A DNA stretch of 64,000 nt from a virus (Duplodnaviria; Caudoviricetes), in IMG/VR virus record IMGVR_UViG_3300042549_006197, positions 9,164 through 73,163 of that record; one strand, 5' to 3'. Position numbers and translations under genes: made by a program. Position 1 is the first letter of the stretch; the number at the start of each line of letters is the position of its first letter. Below the pieces are notes generated by a model that was not told where the DNA came from, made no database searches, and saw only the letters and a program-made list of their open reading frames with translations. Of the stretch, positions 46,213 through 56,230 are shown in pieces.

Positions 46213-47153
46213 TTAAATTCACACTCCACCATAATTTCAGTTAATGCTGCAAGAAGATTAATCTCTTGATCTGCTACGAAAGCAATCTGATATTGGTATT
46301 TAGCTATAATCAAAACAGCAGCAGGAATAGAACTAGGAACAAGAAACTCATAAGATGAGTCATAAATGCGGCGAAGCAAATCAGAAGAATCGTTGTCCAA
46401 ATTATTGACCACCCATTTACGGACTTCGGGAAAATTTTTCTCTTTAAGATTCTTAATAAGTTCATTGACGGAAACATCAGAAAAAGATGCAAGAATTGCT
46501 GAGTCTATTTTACCATTAGATGCATATCTTTGACACTCATTCAATACGCGGCGCCAATCTGGAAAGTGTTTATTGATCAGTTCAATCAAAACTTTCTGAT
46601 CAAATTCTACACCTTCGGTTTGAAGGATTTCTTGAAGGCGGTTATAAAAACCTGCAGCAAGTTTGGCTTTGTCTTTTCCTTTAATTCCAAATTCAACGAC
46701 TGCACATCGGGAGTGAAGTGGTTCGATGATTTTGTTTTTGTAGTTGCAGGTGAAGATGAATCTGCAATTTTTACTAAATTCTTCAATAGATGCCCGTAAG
46801 AGGAGTTGAACATCCGAGGTTGTGTTATCTGCCTCATCAATGATGATGACTTTGTGTTTAGCAGTTGACGAAAGCGATACGGTCGAAGCGAAGTTCTTCG
46901 CATTGTTTCTGACAGTATCGAGGAATCTACCTTCGTCGGATCCATTGATGACATAAAAATCTACTCCCAATTCATTACAGAGTGCTTTTGCAACTGTGGT
47001 CTTACCAATACCTGGAGGACCAGCAAGAAGCATATTTGGAATTTCACCTTTATTTAGAAAGTCGATAAAGGTTTTCTTAATACTTTCTGGGAGAATACAC
47101 TCATCAATTGTTTTGGGTCGATACTTTTCAACCCAAATAAAATCACCGTTCAT
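46209..47153 (-). CDS. gp44: clamp loader large subunit
   Basis: WVEKYRP, GPPGIGKT, DEAD, SRC. Confidence 0.96.
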   Translation of the reverse strand: MNGDFIWVEKYRPKTIDECILPESIKKTFIDFLNKGEIPNMLLAGPPGIGKTTVAKALCNELGVDFYVINGSDEGRFLDTVRNNAKNFASTVSLSSTAKHKVIIIDEADNTTSDVQLLLRASIEEFSKNCRFIFTCNYKNKIIEPLHSRCAVVEFGIKGKDKAKLAAGFYNRLQEILQTEGVEFDQKVLIELINKHFPDWRRVLNECQRYASNGKIDSAILASFSDVSVNELIKNLKEKNFPEVRKWVVNNLDNDSSDLLRRIYDSSYEFLVPSSIPAAVLIIAKYQYQIAFVADQEINLLAALTEIMVECEFK

Positions 47154-47155
47154 AA

Positions 47156-47413
47156 TTAAAAAAAGAAAATTTCAATAAGCTTTGCTAGTTCTATGATAGC
47201 AAAGAAACTACGAATAGTCATCATGTCCCACATTCTCACTTTATAAAAATATGGAAATGATAAAAGGTTTCCAAACAAGCGGAAATAAATTCCTAGTTGC
47301 ACACTATTAAAAAGAATTACTGCATATCCAAAAATAAAGAATGCATTACCAACGATTCGCAACCAACTTAATCTTGGATACTGTGGGTGTATAAATTTAT
47401 CAGTTGAACTCAT
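47156..47413 (-). CDS. small 3-TM membrane protein
   Basis: Start MSSTDK; paralog of 17078..17311. Confidence 0.65.
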   Translation of the reverse strand: MSSTDKFIHPQYPRLSWLRIVGNAFFIFGYAVILFNSVQLGIYFRLFGNLLSFPYFYKVRMWDMMTIRSFFAIIELAKLIEIFFF

Positions 47414-47414
47414 T

Positions 47415-47924
47415 TTAGATCCATTCAGGTTTACGTTCAGGCATACGGAGATAATTAGTTGCAACCCAAGGTTTAGATGCAATATACATCTTATAAGCAG
47501 TAAAAGTGTCAATGCTAGTATCATATTTCCACTCTTCAGGCATCGCTCTTGCGAATGGTGTTACTTTAGTAAGTTTACCTTTAGGAAACAAATAGTATGC
47601 CTCTACAAGCGCATTTTGACATGCATGTATTTTATTATAGCGCAAAGTGTATTCATCACACAAGTTCAATCCCCACTTAATAAGCCAATATGCATTATCA
47701 ATAGATTGTGCTGCCCATTGTGTACATGGATGATTGCGAAACGCGCCTTTTACAGTTGAATACGGAGTGCCATCAGTTTTATGAATTTGTCCATAGTTAT
47801 GATACCACTTGGATGCTACGATAGAAAGCATCTGACAGCACTCAAGTGGCATTTTAACAATGTGTTTGTCTGGAAGACAAATTGCACTTTCTGCAGGAAA
47901 AGGATTAGTTACAAAGATGTTCAT
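47415..47924 (-). CDS. pyrimidine-dimer DNA glycosylase family protein
   Basis: MNIF...DKHIVKMPLE..QMLS, NHPCT.W, EY..RY.K.H. Confidence 0.8.
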   Translation of the reverse strand: MNIFVTNPFPAESAICLPDKHIVKMPLECCQMLSIVASKWYHNYGQIHKTDGTPYSTVKGAFRNHPCTQWAAQSIDNAYWLIKWGLNLCDEYTLRYNKIHACQNALVEAYYLFPKGKLTKVTPFARAMPEEWKYDTSIDTFTAYKMYIASKPWVATNYLRMPERKPEWI

Positions 47925-48586
47925 CCAAAAGTAGAATCAGGTTCGAGAGCTACATAATAGCAGAGATCGTGATTGGTACTAGTAAAACGCGACAAAAGTT
48001 TAGAAGAGACAACCACTTCATATGAACCAGGAAGAATCTTAATATTCTCAACTTTAAAGTTAAACACGAAATCGGAATTGGTTTCTCCAACTACAACAGA
48101 GAAATCATTGGAGGTGTCATTCTTCTTATCACGAACAACTAGTTTGATTACGCCCGCTTCACCAATTGCAGAAAGATCTGGAAGTTGATACACAGCAGCT
48201 GCCTTCAGGAGTTTATCCAGTTCCTTAGTATCAAGAACAAAACAAACATCTTCACTAGGAAGATTGATAGACTTGTCGGGAGGAACGACAATTACATTTG
48301 GATCTGCAAAGAAATATTTTGAGCGCGACTTACCTTCACGAATCACAACGTAGTTCTCATTCTGAAAATCTAGTTCTGCACTTTGATGAAGTGACAGGCC
48401 ATTCAGAAACTGGTTAAGATCATAGATACCAAAGTCTTTGGGAAATTCTTCTTCGATCGTTGCTTCTGCGAGGATATTTTTCATCACAGAAATAGTACGA
48501 AGTTGCTTACCTTCCTTAATCAGAATAGACTGATTGATATTGGAAAAGTTTTTCAGAAGATTTACAGTTTTATCAGAGAGTTTCAT
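47921..48586 (-). CDS. gp45: sliding clamp
   Basis: MKLS..T..LLKNFSNINQSI, FGIYDLNQFL, YYVALE. Confidence 0.95.
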   Translation of the reverse strand: MKLSDKTVNLLKNFSNINQSILIKEGKQLRTISVMKNILAEATIEEEFPKDFGIYDLNQFLNGLSLHQSAELDFQNENYVVIREGKSRSKYFFADPNVIVVPPDKSINLPSEDVCFVLDTKELDKLLKAAAVYQLPDLSAIGEAGVIKLVVRDKKNDTSNDFSVVVGETNSDFVFNFKVENIKILPGSYEVVVSSKLLSRFTSTNHDLCYYVALEPDSTFG

Positions 48587-48609
48587 AGTTTTGTCTTTCA
48601 GTTTCATAA

Positions 48610-49038
48610 TCAACGGAATTCGGTAAGTCCATTATCTTTGCGAGAATAATGGCCATCGAAGTGAAGCAGTAGCATAGCATAGTGAATGACTTTCATCAAG
48701 TCACGCTTGTTGCGACCATCCTTATCACCATAACGGCTTCCATACTTAAGGATGTTTGCCTGACAAAAACCAGCAGCAAGTTTCTTCGCTGCCATTAAGT
48801 CAATAGTTTGGATATCGCTGTAACCATCTTCATCTCCACAGTAATGACCGTGATAAGTGCTAGTCACATAATCTTCAACATCCTTGAGAATTTTATCTTC
48901 GTTGTATTTCCAAAGATGATTTTTAGGTTCGTTCATAACAGGTGTTTTTTCAATTACAATTTTATGATCACTATTCAATGCCATAGTGAACTGGTATTCA
49001 GAATAAGGATACTCATCCATAATAAAGGGGAAGGTCAT
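48610..49038 (-). CDS. conserved phage protein (DUF3310-like)
   Basis: KYNED, TY..HY, FCQANILKY..RYG.KDG, DLMKVIHY. Confidence 0.7.
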   Translation of the reverse strand: MTFPFIMDEYPYSEYQFTMALNSDHKIVIEKTPVMNEPKNHLWKYNEDKILKDVEDYVTSTYHGHYCGDEDGYSDIQTIDLMAAKKLAAGFCQANILKYGSRYGDKDGRNKRDLMKVIHYAMLLLHFDGHYSRKDNGLTEFR

Positions 49039-49059
49039 AGTTTACCTCCCACAATTATA

Positions 49060-50166
49060 TCAAATGTTGGGGGGATAGTCAACTTTCTCAGGCATCTGAA
49101 AATCAGCATCTACTTTATCGTAGAGTTCGATAAAAGCAGTCTTAGTTTCATCATCAAATCGTGCAGTGCAAACATCAATTGCTTTTGCTTTATTGCCAAA
49201 GATGCTGTAGGCACGGATGATATGAACCAGGCGACGGGTGCTGATGATTTCTTCAATACCACCATCATAGAATGTCTTACGAATGATATCAGCCCAATCT
49301 GCAAGTCGCTCACAGAAAGCAGAGTCATCAACACCAACGGATTTAGCAACACCTTGCAAAATGCGACATTCGATTTTAGCAGTAGGATATTCTTGCTCCA
49401 GAGTTACAGGGAAACGCTCAAGGAATGCCTCATTAAGCACGTTGGTGCCGATGAAGCGACCGTCATCAGAACCCTTACCCTTGGTGTTTGCGGTGGCAAC
49501 CACATTAAAACCAGCAGCAGGTTTCACAAAGCGACCAATTTTTTTCAGGAAGACACCCTTACCTTCCAGAACAGATTGGAGACACAGAATCTTGTTAGAA
49601 GCAAGGTCAATCTCATCCAGCAGAAGAATTGCACCACGCTCCAGTGCCTCAATCACAGGGCCATTGTGCCAGGCAGTTTCACCATTCACAAGACGGAAAC
49701 CACCGATCAGATCATCCTCGTCAGTCTCAATCGTGATGTTGACGCGAATCAGTTCACGCTTAAGTTGAGCACACGCTTGTTCCACCGAGAACGTTTTACC
49801 GTTACCCGAAAGACCCGTAATGAACGTAGGATAGAAAAGACGGGACTCAATAATTTTTTTAATATCGTTGAAATTACCAAACTTGACGAAGGTATCATCT
49901 TTATCGGGAATAAGGTTTTGTTGCACAGGAGGAATTGCAGCAGGAGCTTGAAAAGTACGTTCAATTTCATCAACTTTTTGTTGAGTGACTTCCAAGTTCC
50001 ACTTGCCACGACCAACTTTAAAGCAGTCAAGTCGTTTGGTTACCGTAGGATAGGAAAGATTTTTTGACGCACAAAAACCACGAACATCAGCTGCGGTGAT
50101 ATAAGAACCAAAAGTGGTTTTGAGATCAGCAAGAATTTGATCGTCGGTCATTTGAATGCGGGACAT
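49060..50166 (-). CDS. cobS: CobS/MoxR-like AAA+ ATPase
   Basis: GLSGNGKT, LLDEID, TANTKGKG, NEAFLERF, STRRL. Confidence 0.9.
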   Translation of the reverse strand: MSRIQMTDDQILADLKTTFGSYITAADVRGFCASKNLSYPTVTKRLDCFKVGRGKWNLEVTQQKVDEIERTFQAPAAIPPVQQNLIPDKDDTFVKFGNFNDIKKIIESRLFYPTFITGLSGNGKTFSVEQACAQLKRELIRVNITIETDEDDLIGGFRLVNGETAWHNGPVIEALERGAILLLDEIDLASNKILCLQSVLEGKGVFLKKIGRFVKPAAGFNVVATANTKGKGSDDGRFIGTNVLNEAFLERFPVTLEQEYPTAKIECRILQGVAKSVGVDDSAFCERLADWADIIRKTFYDGGIEEIISTRRLVHIIRAYSIFGNKAKAIDVCTARFDDETKTAFIELYDKVDADFQMPEKVDYPPNI

Positions 50167-50189
50167 AATGTGTGTTTTTCACTGAAGCC

Positions 50190-50235
50190 ATTATAAGGGC
50201 AGAGTGGGGCAGAGTCGGGGCAGAGTGGTCAGTTT
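50190..50235 (-). promoter_or_regulatory. promoter with three ACTCTGCCC tandem repeats
   Basis: TATAAT at 50195-50190 preceded by three copies of ACTCTGCCC; no TTGACA. Confidence 0.55.
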
Positions 50236-50248
50236 CAAAATTGAACAC

Positions 50249-52435
50249 TCATGCGATCAAAGAAATAAATTCGCCAAGAACTTTCTTATTTAGTTTCTTG
50301 GTTTTAAGAGATTTGATAAACGCAGATTTAATTTCAGACTTAGTTGCAGCATCATCAACATTGAATTGGGAATTTTGAGAAAGTGCAGTTGCAGACATTC
50401 CAAAGTATGCGTCATATCCAGATTTTTTGATAGTAAAACTCTTTTGTTTTTTCCAATCATTTTGAATTGTCAGGTAATCTTTATCAGAAGTTGAATGATA
50501 AAGACTAATAAAACGATGAATGTTACGTCCCTCAAGAACACGAATGCCAATAAAGTTTACAGAAGAAAACTTATCCTTCAAATTACGAAGAAGAACATCA
50601 GTAAATTGGTGATATCCATAATCAATTTTGTAATTTGTGCCCAGTTTACGATCACGAAGGAAAGTCAAACCGTTAGCCGTTCCACGAACACCCAAATAAG
50701 GTTCGGACTCCCATCCTCGTTTTACTTCAACATGGTATGGAAGATGATTGGATTCCCCATCAGTCAAAACAATACACTGAACTTTTTGAACTTTATTTTC
50801 TTTCTGGAAAGTTGGAAGGATTTGATGAAGAGAAATCAATGCCTCATTCAAAGGAGTTCCAGAAAGAGCCAAGCGATGAGGAAAAGTAAATGGGCAATGA
50901 TACATATTCGAAAAACTAGAAGCCAAACGCCAAATATTATTCATCTGATGTTCAAGATCTTTTCCAGATACTTTACTGGTGAGAAGATTCATCATAGAAA
51001 ACGTTTCATCAACATAAAACACATATTCTTTTTTCTCATAGTGCGGAGTAAGATCGCAAGATTTGTAGGTTCGATTATCATAATCATATTCGCGGCGGCG
51101 CCACTCATTTGTGAAGGCATAAACTTCAAACGGAATCGCAACTTTCTTGCAGAACCAAACAAGATTGAAGAGTTGCTTGACCGTATCCAGCATAACGTCA
51201 CTCATTGAACCGGACCAATCCAACACAAACACCAGACCATGGTTCTTTCCATCTGCAAGAGTGGTAACTTTCTTGAACAAGTCTTCATTGTATTTGTAAG
51301 TATGAAGTTTGGAACAGTCCAGAACACCAGTGCGGGCAGTTGACGCACGGGCATAAGAGTCCGCAGCTTTTTTACACTCAAACTCTTTAACCAGATAATT
51401 GACTTCCTTTTGTGCAGATTGTTTGAATTTCTTAAACTCCAAATCAACGGTCTCAAACAAGTTCATAGCTTTGAACTCATTCTCTTTCGCATGTTCATTA
51501 TGCATTTCTTGTTGCTTGGAAAAGCACAAGTCAATATCATTATGGACTGCACTATTCTTTGCAATTACAGTGTCAAGATTTACTTTGGTAACTTCAACAT
51601 AAACATTTTCCCAAGTATTTTCCTTTACAAGATCACGAATCTTTTCTTCCAAAGAATCTGCTGTACGAACTTCTGGTTCGCAACTATCACCAGCAGCATT
51701 TTCCATTTCAATTTGATCGCCATCAATTGATTGTCCACTAGAGTTTTCAGTATTCTGCGAACTAGAATCATTTTCTTCTTGATCAGAAGAAGAATTATCA
51801 CCTTCTACAATATCACTTGGAGGCGATTGAGAATCTGATTGTTGTTTAGGAGGTTCTTGATTTTCAATCTTTTTTTCTTCTTCTTTCTTTTTCTTACAAT
51901 ACTTATAAAGTTCTTCTGCAGCAATCAAAACATCTGCAAAAGATTCAGTAGCAGAAATCATATTAACAATTTCCATCTCTTCACCGCGATCAATCGGCAC
52001 TTCGGCAAAATTACCAATTTTGAACCACAGATTTACTCGGTCAGCAAGATTCATTTTGCTCACATCTTCTTCACTAATTTGAAAGAAATCGTCATCAGTA
52101 AGTTCTTTATATCCATTAAAGAAAGTCTTTGCCAGGCCAGGATAGCGACGCTTCATCAGTTTCTCAATGCGAGCATCCTCTACCACATTGACAAACTGCG
52201 GGGGAATCTTGTGTTCCTTTATCCAATCCTCATCGGGAGTATAGAGAGCATGACCCACCTCATGACCCACCAGAAGGTCATACACGGTGTTGCTTGCCTT
52301 CTCCCACATCGGCAGGGTCAACACACGAGTGTGAACGTTGAAACAAGCAGTCTCTACATTCTTGTGCTCAACCACAAGGTCTTCAGTGGCAAGAAGTTTG
52401 GCAAGTTGGGACTTGATTTCGTGCGAAATAGCCAT
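50249..52435 (-). CDS. CobT-like metallopeptidase-vWA protein
   Basis: HEVGH, EDARIE, MIDAS DWSGSM, TPL, LTDGE. Confidence 0.85.
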   Translation of the reverse strand: MAISHEIKSQLAKLLATEDLVVEHKNVETACFNVHTRVLTLPMWEKASNTVYDLLVGHEVGHALYTPDEDWIKEHKIPPQFVNVVEDARIEKLMKRRYPGLAKTFFNGYKELTDDDFFQISEEDVSKMNLADRVNLWFKIGNFAEVPIDRGEEMEIVNMISATESFADVLIAAEELYKYCKKKKEEEKKIENQEPPKQQSDSQSPPSDIVEGDNSSSDQEENDSSSQNTENSSGQSIDGDQIEMENAAGDSCEPEVRTADSLEEKIRDLVKENTWENVYVEVTKVNLDTVIAKNSAVHNDIDLCFSKQQEMHNEHAKENEFKAMNLFETVDLEFKKFKQSAQKEVNYLVKEFECKKAADSYARASTARTGVLDCSKLHTYKYNEDLFKKVTTLADGKNHGLVFVLDWSGSMSDVMLDTVKQLFNLVWFCKKVAIPFEVYAFTNEWRRREYDYDNRTYKSCDLTPHYEKKEYVFYVDETFSMMNLLTSKVSGKDLEHQMNNIWRLASSFSNMYHCPFTFPHRLALSGTPLNEALISLHQILPTFQKENKVQKVQCIVLTDGESNHLPYHVEVKRGWESEPYLGVRGTANGLTFLRDRKLGTNYKIDYGYHQFTDVLLRNLKDKFSSVNFIGIRVLEGRNIHRFISLYHSTSDKDYLTIQNDWKKQKSFTIKKSGYDAYFGMSATALSQNSQFNVDDAATKSEIKSAFIKSLKTKKLNKKVLGEFISLIA

Positions 52436-52444
52436 GGGTTTGTT

Positions 52445-52603
52445 TCAGATGAGGCTATAATACGACGAAGGGTTGCCTTTTGAGCAACCCATGTGACGCT
52501 TTTTGAACTGGGCAAGGCGTGCCTTTGCCTGTCGCAACGCTTGCGGTTTTAGTTTACGCTTTTGCTCCTTCTTGGAGTGGTGTTGCCAGTTTGGAGTGTT
52601 CAT
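52445..52603 (-). CDS. small basic protein
   Basis: MNTPNWQHHSKKEQKRKLKPQALRQAK. Confidence 0.6.
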   Translation of the reverse strand: MNTPNWQHHSKKEQKRKLKPQALRQAKARLAQFKKRHMGCSKGNPSSYYSLI

Positions 52604-52616
52604 TGTTCTATGGCAG

Positions 52617-54329
52617 TCAGGCCACCATACTAGAAAAACCTTTGAGTTTTTCGAATCGAAGGACACTTTCGAATCTGTCCTCCAATCCAGACTTGTGAGA
52701 AATCACAAAAACATTTGCATTTGTAATGACATAACGAATAATCTTAAGAAACTCTTCTGTTCCAAATCCATCGAGAGAAGAATCAAACACTTCATCCATA
52801 ATCAAAAGATTTGTGTTAACTGAGTTTTTAAATCGAGCAACTTCCCGCCACGTAAAGAGAAGAGATAAATCAATTCTCATTTTTTCACCTTCACTAAAAG
52901 AAGCATAGGAAAAATCTTCATGAATTGGAGACTGAACGGTTTCGTTGAACTCTTCATCAAGAGTAAAATTAATATAGAAGTCCATCATTTGAAGGAACTT
53001 ATTAACCTGCTGATTAATCAGAGGAAGATACTTCTTGATAATTTGAGATTTAACTCCACCGTCTTTGAGTAAACTATACGAAAAATCGTAATGTCTGATA
53101 GTGTCCTTTTTAGAAGCGAGCTCGTCGTATGTTGTTTTTAAATTGTCTTTGAAGGATTCTAATTTCTCATGTTCAGAATTTCTGTTTGCAAGGTTCTCGG
53201 TAATAGTTTGAATTTCAGATTCAAGATCTCTGATTTGTCTCTGACATCCAGCGATCTTAGTATTATTTTGAGAAATGCCATGCGTTAGTTTAGTGATCTC
53301 CTTCGATAGTGTAGTAAATTGACGCTCTCGCTCTTCTTCTTCTTTAATTGCTTCCTCTAACTCTTTATAACCAGATTGCAACTCCTTTGCTTTATCTTGA
53401 GCGTCTGCAATTCTATTTAACCGAAATTCTTCCTCAATCGTTTGAGTGCAAGTAGGGCAGACCGTATTCTCTGTGAAAAACTTATGCTCAGCAGTAATCG
53501 TTGATACCTTCTGCGATATCTTTCCTTTCAGATTTCCCAACTTACGAAGTTTATCGCTAGCACCAATTACATTCTCTTGTTCTTTCGTATATTGCTGCAT
53601 ATATCCTTCAAGAATAATATTTGCATCAGCATATTCACCAACTTCAGAATCTAACTTGGCAATCTTTTCCTTATTGGCATTGATATTGGCATTACCACGA
53701 TTCTCTAACTCTTCAATAAAGTTCTGCTGCATCTCAACTTTATCTTTCAAGTTTTCTTTCTTCAACTCCAGAGTTTTAATTTCTTCTTTGAGTTGACGGA
53801 TCTTTTCTTTAATTACAATATTCATTGATGAAAAGATCTTAATATCCAAAAGATCTTCAATCACTTCTCTGCGATTTGCAGCCGACAGTTGCATGAACGG
53901 AACAAAAGTACTTGAACCCAAAATTACAATTTGAGTAAAAGACTTATAGTTCATTTTAAGAACATTCTGTTCCAACCATCTTTGTTGATCTGATGTAGCA
54001 GATGATTGATCCAACAAAGAATCGTTTCTATAAATTTCAAAAAGATTTGGTTTAATTCCCCGAACAACTTTCCAATTTGTTGTTCCAATAGAAAAGTATA
54101 CCTCAACTAAACAATCCTTTTCATTTACACTATTGATTAGTTGTGGTTTATTAATTTTGCGAAAAGGTTTTCCAAACAAAGAAAAAGTAAGTGCATCCAA
54201 CACAGTACTTTTTCCAGCACCATTTGATCCAACAATCAATGTTGTGTTGTGTTTTTGAAAATTAATTTCGGTAAATTGATTGCCAGTAGAAAGAAAATTT
54301 TTCCAGCGAATCTTTTCAAATAAAATCAT
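52617..54329 (-). CDS. gp46: recombination endonuclease, SbcC/Rad50-like
   Basis: GSNGAGKS, CPTC hook, FSEGEK, MDEVFD. Confidence 0.96.
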   Translation of the reverse strand: MILFEKIRWKNFLSTGNQFTEINFQKHNTTLIVGSNGAGKSTVLDALTFSLFGKPFRKINKPQLINSVNEKDCLVEVYFSIGTTNWKVVRGIKPNLFEIYRNDSLLDQSSATSDQQRWLEQNVLKMNYKSFTQIVILGSSTFVPFMQLSAANRREVIEDLLDIKIFSSMNIVIKEKIRQLKEEIKTLELKKENLKDKVEMQQNFIEELENRGNANINANKEKIAKLDSEVGEYADANIILEGYMQQYTKEQENVIGASDKLRKLGNLKGKISQKVSTITAEHKFFTENTVCPTCTQTIEEEFRLNRIADAQDKAKELQSGYKELEEAIKEEEERERQFTTLSKEITKLTHGISQNNTKIAGCQRQIRDLESEIQTITENLANRNSEHEKLESFKDNLKTTYDELASKKDTIRHYDFSYSLLKDGGVKSQIIKKYLPLINQQVNKFLQMMDFYINFTLDEEFNETVQSPIHEDFSYASFSEGEKMRIDLSLLFTWREVARFKNSVNTNLLIMDEVFDSSLDGFGTEEFLKIIRYVITNANVFVISHKSGLEDRFESVLRFEKLKGFSSMVA

Positions 54330-54585
54330 GGTGTGGTGGTGGAACTACAATGTCGTCTTGTGTGATTAAAGTATATCTACAATCTTGTATTTCGCAAGTT
54401 TTAAGGATTAAATCATCATCTACTTCTATAACATGCATTTCTGGAAATCCTTGTTCCTCAAGCATCATCGCAAATCTACATGCATCGTCTTCTTCTTCGA
54501 ACAAATAGAGAATAGAATCTCCATCATCATCTACAACCGAATATGCTCCTTTGTGTTCTTTTCCTTCTATGGTAATAATAAACAT
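54316..54585 (-). CDS. conserved hypothetical protein
   Basis: GAYSV, LFEEEDDA.R, DIVVPP; between gp47 and gp46. Confidence 0.75.
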   Translation of the reverse strand: MFIITIEGKEHKGAYSVVDDDGDSILYLFEEEDDACRFAMMLEEQGFPEMHVIEVDDDLILKTCEIQDCRYTLITQDDIVVPPPHHDFI

Positions 54586-55634
54586 TAAACCAACTCGCAG
54601 GCTTCTTGATAGATTTCTTGAAGAAGTTTTTGAACTGTCGATTTGTTTAAATCTACTTCTGCTTCCTCAACATATCTATTTAAGATAGAAAGAGTATCTT
54701 CGGATTCAAAATCTGCTAGATCTTCTTTACCATACCAACCAGTAAAATCAAAGTTTTCAACTACCTTTAATTCAGAAACATTTGCAGAATAAAGTTTATC
54801 AATAAATTTTTCAAACTTTTTAATGTCTGATTTTTTTCTTACGATAACTTTAACGATCTTATTTTCATATTCTCTTGTATCAAATGTTTGGTGTGGAGTG
54901 TCCTCATAGTAGATGTTATAAAACATTCTATACGGATTATTGATAGGAGTCAACTCCAAAGTATCAGTATCAAAAATATGAAATCCACGAGGATCGTTTA
55001 CATCATTCCAATACAATTCATATGGATTTCCTAAGTAGAAGATTCTTCCATCAGTCGATCGAGTGTGATAGTGGCCCGAGAACACATGGGTGAACTTCTC
55101 AAATAACTTGCTTTCCAAACCATGCTCCATGACGATTTGGTTATTAACTCTAAATCCTTGGAGTTCAAGGTGCCCCATCGCACACGAGCAAGTTGTATTT
55201 TGAATACGTTTGAGAGTAATTTCTTCATTTTCTTGATTGATCCAAGGTATAAACAAAAGTTTTAATTTATCTAACTCAACTTCGGTTGCTTCAGAATAAA
55301 CTTTTACATTGTCATATTCTCTTAAGAGAAGATCGACAGAATTAAGATTGTTTGTATTTTTGTAATACGTTGTATGATTGCCAACAATCGTGTGAACCGT
55401 ACATCCAAGATCCTTAAGGCGATCGTAGTAATTATTTTTAGCCCATGCAAGAGCAGAAAAATCAATACCTTTACGACTATCAAAGGTATCACCCATATCT
55501 ACAACTGTGGTAATACCTTCCTGCTCTAAAGTTGGGAAAAATATGTTGTTATAGAACTCCAGAAAAAAGTCATGGAAAAGCTTAGAGTTTTTCCTTGCTC
55601 CAAAATGCTGGTCCGTAATGATTGCGACTTTCAT
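54585..55634 (-). CDS. gp47: recombination endonuclease, SbcD/Mre11-like
   Basis: TDQHFG, GDTFD, GNH, GHLE, SGHYH. Confidence 0.96.
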   Translation of the reverse strand: MKVAIITDQHFGARKNSKLFHDFFLEFYNNIFFPTLEQEGITTVVDMGDTFDSRKGIDFSALAWAKNNYYDRLKDLGCTVHTIVGNHTTYYKNTNNLNSVDLLLREYDNVKVYSEATEVELDKLKLLFIPWINQENEEITLKRIQNTTCSCAMGHLELQGFRVNNQIVMEHGLESKLFEKFTHVFSGHYHTRSTDGRIFYLGNPYELYWNDVNDPRGFHIFDTDTLELTPINNPYRMFYNIYYEDTPHQTFDTREYENKIVKVIVRKKSDIKKFEKFIDKLYSANVSELKVVENFDFTGWYGKEDLADFESEDTLSILNRYVEEAEVDLNKSTVQKLLQEIYQEACELV

Positions 55635-56129
55635 TCAGTATCTAAGTTTAGAATACACGGCATCCTTAATAGAATTATAGTCGGAGTAGTTTGATCCGTC
55701 AACACCACCGTCTTCAAAAACTTCATCAAATCCACTGCTTTCCAGAATTTTATTTTTAATTTCTAGTTGCTTCTTTTCCTTTTGAATTCTCCTCAAAAAA
55801 GCGTAGTGAATAATCTGAGTAAAGTATGCAAAAGGGTTTTGAGATTTCTGTGGATCAAAGTTATGAATATATTGAACACAATTTTCAATGCCATCACAAA
55901 TCATGTCATCCTTAAACATGTAGTTGACAAAATTTGGTTTAAATGATAAATGTGTTGCAATCTTTAAAAAGCATTCTCCAATATAATTTGGAATAGGAGG
56001 TTTTGGTTTTCCTCGAATCAGTGCAATTTCTTTATCTTCACGATACTTAATTAGAGCTGCAAGAAACTCCTTATTATTAACGTAATGTTCTGACCTTTTT
56101 CTTTTGGTCATAATTGCTGTAGTTATCAT
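55635..56129 (-). CDS. gp55: late sigma factor
   Basis: HYVNNKEF, NFVNY, DGIENC, NPFAYFTQI..AFLRRI.KEK. Confidence 0.96.
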   Translation of the reverse strand: MITTAIMTKRKRSEHYVNNKEFLAALIKYREDKEIALIRGKPKPPIPNYIGECFLKIATHLSFKPNFVNYMFKDDMICDGIENCVQYIHNFDPQKSQNPFAYFTQIIHYAFLRRIQKEKKQLEIKNKILESSGFDEVFEDGGVDGSNYSDYNSIKDAVYSKLRY

Positions 56130-56153
56130 TAGGGTAACTCATAATATGTATGA

Positions 56154-56204
56154 ATTATAGCATTTTTACAAATGCTTGACAAGTAGCAGAAATATATGTA
56201 GAAT
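56154..56204. promoter_or_regulatory. overlapping divergent sigma70 promoters
   Basis: Minus: TTGTCA-N17-TATAAT toward gp55; plus: TTGACA-N17-TAGAAT. Confidence 0.65.
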
Positions 56205-56230
56205 ACCTTTGTCCGGGTTAAAGATGAGGC

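Noticed and set aside
48808-50067. 419-aa plus-strand ORF
   Set aside because: Antisense shadow of cobS with no recognisable motifs; explained by codon bias of the real gene.
49060-52435. CobS/CobT as a cobalamin-synthesis auxiliary pathway
   Set aside because: The AAA+/vWA pair is common in T4-like phages and no other cob genes are present; a chaperone-like role is more plausible and not novel.
50495-52483. Plus-strand ORFs of 237 and 214 aa
   Set aside because: Antisense to the CobT-like gene, with unnatural composition; the whole window is transcribed on the minus strand.
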